A stretch of DNA of 64,000 nt from an uncultured Chloroflexia bacterium (lineage in GTDB: Bacteria > Chloroflexota > Chloroflexia > QHBQ01 > JADMIH01): the NCBI GenBank assembly GCA_963797095.1, contig CAWCNY010000004.1:512001-576000 (forward strand), written 5' to 3'. The position numbers and the translations under genes were made by a program. The notes under the pieces were generated by a model that worked only from the letters and a program-made list of their open reading frames with translations, was not told the DNA's origin and searched no databases. Position 1 is the stretch's first letter. The number at the start of each line of letters is the position of its first letter. Shown here piece after piece: positions 19,441-27,341 of the stretch.

Positions 19441-19514
19441 TGCGTAATACATGACCATTGCTTACTCCGTCACTCGTCACTCGTCACCTTTCCTCTAGAC
19501 CCAAAGGACCACCA

Positions 19515-20468
19515 ATGCCAAGCCCAGAAGATCAACCGAAACCCGTACTAGCCAACCAGAAGCCCCCTGCCCGCAACCCACCAACCGCCAGTGCCGCCGA
19601 GTTGGAAGCAATCAACGCTCCCCTCAAGCAAAACACGACCCTCAATCGCAAAGCACGCATGGGCGCGCCAACCGAGGACGAGGAACTTCTCAAACGGCCC
19701 ACGCCAACTCCATCCGATTTCACCCGCTCCGACACCTGGCGTGTTCTCCGTATCATGGGCGAATTCGTGAGCGGCTTTGATACCCTTGCAAGTCTGGGGG
19801 CTGCCGTCACCGTCTTCGGCTCCGCCCGCATCGGCCATGACAACCCCATGTATGACCAGGCGACGCAACTCGCCAGGATGCTCGCCGAACAGGGCTTCGC
19901 CATCATCACGGGCGGCGGGCCTGGCGTTATGGAAGCCGCTAATAAAGGAGCGCGCGAAGCGGGAGGTGTCTCTGTAGGCTGCAATATCGAGCTTCCATTC
20001 GAGCAAGGCACCAACGCCTATGTAGACATAGCCATCAACTTCCGCTACTTCTTCGTTCGCAAGACCATGTTCATGAAATACTCCGAAGCCTTCGTCATCT
20101 TCCCAGGAGGCTTCGGTACTATGGACGAGCTGTTCGAGGCCCTTACACTCGTCCAGACCGGCAAGGTCCGCAACTTCCCGCTCATCCTCTTCGGCAGCCA
20201 GTATTGGCGAGGCCTTCTGAACTGGATCAAAGGTGTCATGCTTGTGGAACACAAGATCAACGCGGACGACCTCAAGCTCCTCATCCTCACCGACTCGATT
20301 GAGGACGCCTGCCAGATGATCGTAGATTGCTACAACGATAGGTGCTGGCAGGTCGAGGACTCCTCTGAAGCAACCCAGATCCACTCCGAGCTACTTGATG
20401 AGCCAGGCGAATTGAGACCACCCAACAATCACAATGGGCGCGAAGGCGATCCCACATTACAGGAATAA
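19515..20468 (+). CDS. LOG family Rossmann-fold protein
   Basis: VFGSAR, TGGGPGVMEAANKGA, FFVRK, PGGFGTMDE. Confidence 0.92.
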   Translation: MPSPEDQPKPVLANQKPPARNPPTASAAELEAINAPLKQNTTLNRKARMGAPTEDEELLKRPTPTPSDFTRSDTWRVLRIMGEFVSGFDTLASLGAAVTVFGSARIGHDNPMYDQATQLARMLAEQGFAIITGGGPGVMEAANKGAREAGGVSVGCNIELPFEQGTNAYVDIAINFRYFFVRKTMFMKYSEAFVIFPGGFGTMDELFEALTLVQTGKVRNFPLILFGSQYWRGLLNWIKGVMLVEHKINADDLKLLILTDSIEDACQMIVDCYNDRCWQVEDSSEATQIHSELLDEPGELRPPNNHNGREGDPTLQE

Positions 20469-20538
20469 GACTAAGGGTACATACGCCGCCTCAAATTGTA
20501 GGATTCGGCTTCGCAGACATACAATCTGGTCTAGTATG

Positions 20539-20572
20539 GAGAAAATCGGCGGGAAAGCCCGCCGATTTTCTC
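20539..20572. terminator. Likely bidirectional terminator (LOG / tRNA-Pro)
   Basis: Perfect 15-bp stem GAGAAAATCGGCGGG-AAAG-CCCGCCGATTTTCTC. Confidence 0.75.
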
Positions 20573-20681
20573 TATATTAAAAAGCCCCTCCCCAAGAACT
20601 TGGGGAGGGGTTGGGGTGGGGAGTAAGTATACGTCGTTAGTCATTTTACGCAGCAGATGATGTGCGTTTTGCTTGGCTCTA

Positions 20682-20758
20682 TGGTCGGGGTGAGAGGATT
20701 TGAACCTCTGACTTCATCGTCCCGAACGATGCGCGCTGCCGGGCTGCGCTACACCCCG
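20682..20758 (-). tRNA. tRNA-Pro(CGG)
   Basis: CGGGGTG acceptor stem, anticodon arm CATCG-TTCGGGA-CGATG, GGTTCAAATCC, encoded CCA; 77 nt. Confidence 0.96.
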
Positions 20759-20773
20759 AGGATATGTTCCATC

Positions 20774-20803
20774 ATTATACCAGACCCCGCTCATGCCTGT
20801 CAA
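20774..20803 (-). promoter_or_regulatory. Consensus sigma70 promoter of tRNA-Pro
   Basis: TTGACA (20803-20798), 18-bp spacer ending TGG, TATAAT (20779-20774). Confidence 0.85.
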
Positions 20804-20817
20804 AAACTGTACCGAAG

Positions 20818-22484
20818 GTATGCGGTCAGACTTGAGGTGGAGCAATTTCCACTGTATTCTATGAAGTATGAACCTGGAAGAAGAACTAGCCCATCTGCGG
20901 GCAGAGAATGCACAACTCAAAGAGCAATTGCGCCTTGCTCTGGAGCGCATCGCCGAGTTGGAAGCCAGGTTGGAGCAGATGCAGACACAGCTAGCCTCTG
21001 GCTCTGGCTCGCCAGGTGCCCCATCATTCGTCAAGCCCTCCACTCCCAAGAAGAACAACACCCCAAAGCCTCCCAGACGCCCCAGAGCTAAAGAGCACAA
21101 TGGTGCCCGCCGCCGTGAACAATCGCCCACCTCAACAATTGAGCACCACCTGCAGCAGTGTCCCGATTGTGGCTACACCCTTCGTCAGCACCAACTCGCC
21201 TCCAGACGCCAGGTGATAGAACTCCCTCCACCCCCTCCTGTGCAAGTCACTGAGCACCAGCTATTCAAGGGGTGGTGTGCTCGTTGTGGGAGGTGGCACT
21301 ACCCCACTGTCGACCTTACAGGTCAGGTGATTGGGCAAGGCAGAATGGGGGTGCGTATCGCCTCCCTCATAGCTCATCTGCGCACATCGTTGAGGATGCC
21401 CCTCCTCCTCATAAAAGAGTACCTGTACACCATACACAAGTTGACCATCTCTTCGGGTGAGGTTGTGGAGTTGTTGCATCGAATGGTGCAAGCCGAACCT
21501 CTGAAGGAGGCTGCTGCCTCCATAAAGAAGAGGGTTCGAAGGAGCCATAGCCATGTGGTACATGGTGACGAAACCACCTGGCGAGAAGGGGGACAAAACG
21601 GCTATATCTGGGGCTTCTTCACGCCCGATGGAGAGCGATTGTACGAGTACGACCAGAGCCGAGGGGGAGCGGTAGCCAAACGAATAATGGGGTCTAACTT
21701 TGGGGAAAAGGGTCAAGTAATGTCGAGTGACTTCTACGGTGGCTACAACGACTTCCCAGGAGAGCACCAGCGGTGCTGGGCACATCTGCTCCGTGATTTG
21801 CATAAGCTGAAAGAGGAGCACCCCATCAACCCCATCAACCCTACCAACCCTACCAACCCTACCAACCCTACCAACCCCACTAACCCCACTAACGAGGAAG
21901 TGCATGAATGGGCCAGGGGAGTGCGAGCACTGTACGATGATGCCCATAAGCTGTTGGAAGAACACGAACTTGGCCCTCCCACTGCAGACGAAGCCACAAA
22001 AGAGCCACACAAGTGGGAGCAGCGTGTAAGAGAGTACCGGCGGTTGGTGGAAGGGGTTGCCAAGCTAGGTGCGCAGTATGCCGATGCCAAGGAGTTCGGG
22101 CCACAGGGCGGGGGCAAACAAGGGCCACAGGGCGGGGGCGGGGGCGGGGGCGGGGGCGGGGGCGGGGGCAAGAACGGTAACGGCCCCCAAAGAGCAAGCA
22201 CCCATGCCACACCTTGTGCAAGAGACTGCTGCGCCACCAGGAGGAGTTATTCCAGTTCGTGATAGTGCCCACCTTATCCTCTGACAACAACCTGGCGGAA
22301 CGGTCAATCCGTCCTGTGGTGGTGATGCGCAAGGTATCAGGTGGTAGTCAATCGCCCAAGGGATCAGCCACCCGGATGACGTTGGCTACCCTGTTCGGCA
22401 CCTGGCGAGCTAAGGGTCTCAACCCCTTTGACCAGTGCTTGGCCCTCCTCTCCCAGCCCTCCCACCCTTAATCTGAGAGCTTAC
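20818..22484 (+). mobile_element. IS66-family element, single-ORF (ISBst12-like), copy 1, 1667 bp
   Basis: Imperfect IRs GTATGCGGTCAGACTTGAGG / GTAAGCTCTCAGATTAAGGG; flanks TACCGAAG and AATGCAAT; near-identical inverted copy at 31475-33169. Confidence 0.92.
20868..22471 (+). CDS. IS66 transposase split by a -1 frame change near 22181-22199
   Basis: Coiled coil, CPDC...CARC Zn finger, HGDET, SSDFY, QRCWAHLLR; the -1 frame carries DNNLAERSIRP. Confidence 0.85.
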
Positions 22485-22603
22485 AATGCAATCTCGAAGG
22501 AACGGCAAGTGGGTCTGGGAAGTTGATGCCGTGGCTCATAGTCTCAGACATTTCGAGGATTGAACACTTATCAGTCGCCTTCATTTTAGGGTAGAATATC
22601 GCT

Positions 22604-23740
22604 ATGGCTAACGCAACACCCGATGAGGGTGGATCTATTGGGCGGGAAATTAGACCTGCACGGGCTGCCCGATACCGTCCGCATGCCAGCGTTACAGTTA
22701 CCACCGAATCCCCTATTGGCGAGCATACTCGTCCTGAAGCGGCGACTGGCGCGACGCAGCTACTTTGGCTCTCAATCATCGCCGGTGTGGTGTTGTTCTT
22801 CACTATGCTTCTCGTCTTGCTGGGCGGACGTGCTAATGTTGGGGCCATTATAAGCACGCTAAGCGTTCGTTTTCTAAGCCTATTCATCGAGGCGGCTCCC
22901 TTCCTCCTTCTGGGCACCCTCCTCTCCGGCTTGATTGATGTCTTCGTGCGCCAGGAGCATATACTTCGCTTCGTGCCGCGTAATGCCTTCCTGGGTGTGC
23001 TCACAGGTACTTTCGCGGGCTTCGTCTTCCCGGTGTGTGAATGTGGGGTCGTACCAGTTGTACGCCAGCTATACGTCAAGCGCCTGCCTTTACCTGTGGG
23101 CATTTCATTCCTTCTGGCTGCCCCCGTCATGAATCCAATCGTGTTATTCAGCACCTGGACTGCGTTCGGTTGGGGGCCAATACTGATCGGTAGGTATGTC
23201 ATTTCTGCCATTGTTGTAATCGCAATCGGCCTCTTTTTCGCGCTAGGCAAGAACAAGATCGAGTTGGCGCCTGCCGTGCTGGCTTCTTCCGCTCAACCGG
23301 CCACACCGGCACTTGATATGCCGATAGGAACTAAGCTCAGGCAAGCCCTTACGGTGGCGGGTGATGAGTTCTTCGATATGGGCCGGTACCTGGTAGTGGG
23401 TGCGCTCCTCGCTTCTGCGATGCAAACTCTTGTGTCTCAAGATGTGATATTGTCCCTGGGGCAAGGCCCGATTGCATCTGTGCTCATTATGCAGGTGCTG
23501 GCCTTTGTGCTGAGCGTTTGCTCAACTGTCGATGCCTTCCTCGCGTTGGCCTTCACGGGCGCTTTCACTGCCGGTTCGCTCCTGGCGTTCCTGACCTTCG
23601 GGCCTATGGTAGACATCAAGAGCACTATCATGTTCATGGGCGTCTTCAAGAGGCGTACGGTAGGCTTACTGGTCGTTTTACCTTTCCTCCTGACTTTTGT
23701 CATATCGGTCCTGCTCAATCTGATCGGATGGACTCCTTGA
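22604..23740 (+). CDS. DUF318/YcgR-like permease
   Basis: EAAPFLL, FPVCECGVVP, LAAPVMNP, VCSTVDAF, GPMVDIK. Confidence 0.88.
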   Translation: MANATPDEGGSIGREIRPARAARYRPHASVTVTTESPIGEHTRPEAATGATQLLWLSIIAGVVLFFTMLLVLLGGRANVGAIISTLSVRFLSLFIEAAPFLLLGTLLSGLIDVFVRQEHILRFVPRNAFLGVLTGTFAGFVFPVCECGVVPVVRQLYVKRLPLPVGISFLLAAPVMNPIVLFSTWTAFGWGPILIGRYVISAIVVIAIGLFFALGKNKIELAPAVLASSAQPATPALDMPIGTKLRQALTVAGDEFFDMGRYLVVGALLASAMQTLVSQDVILSLGQGPIASVLIMQVLAFVLSVCSTVDAFLALAFTGAFTAGSLLAFLTFGPMVDIKSTIMFMGVFKRRTVGLLVVLPFLLTFVISVLLNLIGWTP

Positions 23741-24606
23741 TGAACGTGGAGCAACAGATTACAATTCAATCGTTGCGCTCTGATAAGCGAGATGTACAGA
23801 ACCGGGTAATCGCCAAAATAGCGGTCCTGCTTGGACTTGGGATTTACTTCGCTTACAATCTGACCAGCGGCAACATCAAAAACTATGTCAATCCGCAATG
23901 GGCCTGGTTATCGGGTATGGCCTCCGTACTATGCCTACTGCTCGGCCTTGTGAGTCTTTACTCTTATCTACGGGAGCGACCGCAGACTATTCATTCTGAT
24001 GCACCGCTTCACGACCATCCGCATTCCCATGACCATAGCGAAGACTCGGCACATGGGCACAAGGGCCATAGCCATTCGGCGGTAAGTTGGCCCATGTTAT
24101 CTGTCCTGGCGATTCCTCTAGTGCTGGGACTTGGCGTGCCGTCGCAACCCCTTGGCGCATCTGCCCTGGAGAACAGCACAGGCACATCGAAGTCTATGAT
24201 CGAGCGGGCAGGCCCGGCTGAGGGTAATGACACCGCAAGGTGGAACATCTGGGACTGGCAGCGTACTTATTATGCGAATGTCCACCCCGATAACTGGTTC
24301 GACGGCCAAGGGGGCAACTTCTCAGGCTTTATCTTCCACCCAGGTGGCCTGGGACCTGACCAGTTTGTGCTGGCTCGATATGTTATGCGCCACTGCGCCG
24401 CCGACGCCTTTGGGGTTGGCATGCTTGTGAATTGGCCCGGTGGGGGCAGCTTGCCTGAAGACACATGGGTGGATATTAGCGGCACTATGGCGGTAGAGCC
24501 GTTCCAGGGGGAGGATACTCTCCTGGTAAATGCTGCTTCTCTCACCAACCTTAAATCCCCCGACAACCCGTATATCTATCCATCGTTCTATGTCGTATCG
24601 AAATAG
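23740..24606 (+). CDS. TIGR03943/YcgQ-like partner protein with His-rich loop; probable metal transport pair
   Basis: YVNP, His-rich HDHPHSHDH...HGHKGHSH, CAADA, PDNPY; overlaps the permease stop. Confidence 0.82.
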   Translation: MNVEQQITIQSLRSDKRDVQNRVIAKIAVLLGLGIYFAYNLTSGNIKNYVNPQWAWLSGMASVLCLLLGLVSLYSYLRERPQTIHSDAPLHDHPHSHDHSEDSAHGHKGHSHSAVSWPMLSVLAIPLVLGLGVPSQPLGASALENSTGTSKSMIERAGPAEGNDTARWNIWDWQRTYYANVHPDNWFDGQGGNFSGFIFHPGGLGPDQFVLARYVMRHCAADAFGVGMLVNWPGGGSLPEDTWVDISGTMAVEPFQGEDTLLVNAASLTNLKSPDNPYIYPSFYVVSK

Positions 24607-24636
24607 CAGAAATCTTTGAAAGCAGAGGATCACCAG

Positions 24637-25998
24637 ATGACGTCAACCGACAACATACAAGAAACGCAAAAAGCAGGCACTTCCGAATTCAATGGGCACG
24701 AGCCGAACTTTGAGCGCCATACCTTACCCAACGGCCTATCTGTGCTTACCAAAGAGGTCCACTCGGCCCCGGTGATCTCTTTTTGGGTCTGGTACCGGGT
24801 GGGGGCACGCAACGAGCATGCAGGGATCACAGGTATCTCTCACTGGGTAGAGCACATGATGTTCAAGGGCACGAGCACGTTTGGCAAAGGCCAGATCATG
24901 CAGATGGTTGCCGAGAATGGGGGCACACTCAACGCCTTCACTTCGGACGATTGGACAACCTACTTCGAGACACTCCCCTCAGATCGCCTCGACCTTGCCC
25001 TCCAGATCGAGGCCGACCGGATGGTCAACTCACTGATCGACCCGGATGAGGTTGCCTCCGAGCGCACAGTCATCATCTCGGAGCGCGAAGGCTCAGAGAA
25101 CGAGCCTGACCGCCTTCTTGATGAAGAGGTGTCGTCGGCGGCGTTCAAAGTACATGCATACGGCACTGCCGTCATCGGCTGGAAATGCGATCTTCGCACT
25201 ATGACCCGCGACGACCTCTATAACCACTACAAGACTTACTATGCTCCCAACAATGCGACCATAGTAGTTGTAGGCGATTTCGACACGGAAGAACTGCTCA
25301 AGAAGATACATACACTGTTCGGCTCATACCCTGAAAGCAGTTCGATACCGGAGGTGCGCTCTATAGAGCCCGAACAGATAGGTGAGCGTCGAGTGCGCGT
25401 GGAGCACCCAGGCACGACAGCTCAGATCGAGGTTGTATACCATACTCCTTCCGCCGCCAGCCCCGATATATATCCCCTTATGGTGGCGGATGCCCTTCTT
25501 TCCGGGGCCAAGCCGCTTGGAATGGGTGGTGGGGGCGGCAGATCGGCTCGTCTCTATAAGGCAATGGTGACCACCGAGATCGCGGCCAGTGCGGGCTCAT
25601 ATTTCTCGCTCCATAAGGACCCACATCTCTTTACCCTGGGCGCGACCGCCAAGGCAGGCGATGGGCACATGGAAAGCCTGCAAAACATGGAAGCCGCTCT
25701 TTTTGAGGAGATACAGAAGCTACAGGAAGATGAAATCCCCCAGGAGGAACTGGACAAAGCAGTGAGGCAATCTCGCGCTCAGTTCATCTATTCAGGCGAT
25801 AGCATGACCAACCAGGCTTATATGCTTGGCTACCTCGAAAGTGTCTACAGTGCGAACCTGTACGACGAAGCCCTTGAAAAGCTGGCGGCGGTGACCCCTG
25901 AGGACGTTCGACGCGTTGCTCGCACTTACCTTACCGAGCACAATCGTACGGTGGGATGGTTCATTCCAACTGAAGAAGGGTCTACAGATCACGTGTAA
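24637..25998 (+). CDS. M16 zinc peptidase, catalytic subunit
   Basis: HWVEHMMFKG (HxxEH), NAFTS. Confidence 0.93.
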   Translation: MTSTDNIQETQKAGTSEFNGHEPNFERHTLPNGLSVLTKEVHSAPVISFWVWYRVGARNEHAGITGISHWVEHMMFKGTSTFGKGQIMQMVAENGGTLNAFTSDDWTTYFETLPSDRLDLALQIEADRMVNSLIDPDEVASERTVIISEREGSENEPDRLLDEEVSSAAFKVHAYGTAVIGWKCDLRTMTRDDLYNHYKTYYAPNNATIVVVGDFDTEELLKKIHTLFGSYPESSSIPEVRSIEPEQIGERRVRVEHPGTTAQIEVVYHTPSAASPDIYPLMVADALLSGAKPLGMGGGGGRSARLYKAMVTTEIAASAGSYFSLHKDPHLFTLGATAKAGDGHMESLQNMEAALFEEIQKLQEDEIPQEELDKAVRQSRAQFIYSGDSMTNQAYMLGYLESVYSANLYDEALEKLAAVTPEDVRRVARTYLTEHNRTVGWFIPTEEGSTDHV

Positions 25999-26047
25999 TG
26001 CGAAAGCGCCTGATGACAATTATGACTTACTTTCTAAAGGAACAACA

Positions 26048-27340
26048 ATGCCGACAGTAGCCAACCGGGCACTTAGCCCCGAAACAATCACACGCCACAT
26101 CATGCCAAACGGTATGACGGTGCTTGTCTACCCCAACCCCACTATCCCCGCCCTCGTATCTCGTGTGTCGATCAGAGGGGGTGCTATGTATGACCCTTCG
26201 GATAAGGCGGGCCTTGCCTCGTTTGCGACAAGAGCTATGCGCCGGGGCACAGAGCGTTATACTTTTGAGCAACTGAACGAGGAGACCGAAGGCAGAGGCG
26301 CATCGGTGGGAGTTGACGCGGGTAAGGCTCTTATGGAGGCGGGGGGCAGGGCGCTCAAGGAAGACACCCGCTTTCTGCTCGATACGATAGCCGAAGTCCT
26401 GTTGAGGCCCGCCTTCCCGGCGGGCGAGATCGATAAGATGCGCAAGCAGATACGTACCGGCCTTGCAGAGTTGGAGATGGATACAGGCTCAGTCGGGGAG
26501 CGAGCCTTTCGTGAGACGCTTTACCCAGAGGGCCACCCCTACCACAACAGAACAGCGGGTTTCCTCGAAACCCTCGACAATATCGGGCGCGACGACATGA
26601 TCGCATTCTATAAGAGGTATATGCGCCCTGACCGTGCTATCCTGGTATCGGTTGGGGATGTGGGCCCCGATGAGATCGTGGCGCTGGCTGATGAGCTTTT
26701 CGGCGGCTGGCGGGCCGAGGGAGATGAGCTTGAGCCTTATGCCGTTCCCGATGCCCCGATGCCCAGTGGCGCGACTACAGTATTCCGACCTGTGCCAGGT
26801 AAGACGCAAAACGACCTGGTGCTAGGGTTCCCTGGTCTGCGCAGGCGCGACCCTGATTATTATGCATTCGATTTGATGAACCTGCTGCTGGGCCGGATCG
26901 GCCTCATGGGGAGGCTCGGTAAGAACGTTCGTGATGAGCAAGGGCTAGCCTACTATGCAGGTTCGTCATTTGAGGCAGGTTTGGGAGCGGGGCCCTGGGC
27001 TGTGCGAGCAGGAGTGAACCCATCCAATGTGCTCCAAGCTATTGGGAGTATCCGCCACGAAATCGAGAGGATCAGGACCGAGTTGATCCCCGATGAAGAA
27101 CTGGAAGGCGGCAAGCGTTATATGACCGGAGTGCTGCCGCTGCGCCTGGAAACAAGCGATGGGTTGGCCCGAACGATCCTGGAGATGGAGTTGTTCGACC
27201 TGGGTTTCGATTACATCAGCAATTATCCAGGGATTATCAATGCGCTAACTCCTGAGTATGTTAACGAAGTGGCGAAGATGCACCTGTCGTCGGAGAATTA
27301 CGTGGTGGCGGTGGCCGGCCCTTCTGTGGAAAGGCTATAG
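26048..27340 (+). CDS. M16 peptidase, non-catalytic partner
   Basis: No HxxEH; has VRDEQGLAY; AAAGGA RBS. Confidence 0.88.
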   Translation: MPTVANRALSPETITRHIMPNGMTVLVYPNPTIPALVSRVSIRGGAMYDPSDKAGLASFATRAMRRGTERYTFEQLNEETEGRGASVGVDAGKALMEAGGRALKEDTRFLLDTIAEVLLRPAFPAGEIDKMRKQIRTGLAELEMDTGSVGERAFRETLYPEGHPYHNRTAGFLETLDNIGRDDMIAFYKRYMRPDRAILVSVGDVGPDEIVALADELFGGWRAEGDELEPYAVPDAPMPSGATTVFRPVPGKTQNDLVLGFPGLRRRDPDYYAFDLMNLLLGRIGLMGRLGKNVRDEQGLAYYAGSSFEAGLGAGPWAVRAGVNPSNVLQAIGSIRHEIERIRTELIPDEELEGGKRYMTGVLPLRLETSDGLARTILEMELFDLGFDYISNYPGIINALTPEYVNEVAKMHLSSENYVVAVAGPSVERL

Positions 27341-27341
27341 G

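Noticed and set aside
22128-22170. GGGGGC tract as the transposase frameshift site
   Set aside because: A TAA at 22178-22180 blocks the -1 frame, and 6-bp unit changes do not alter the frame.
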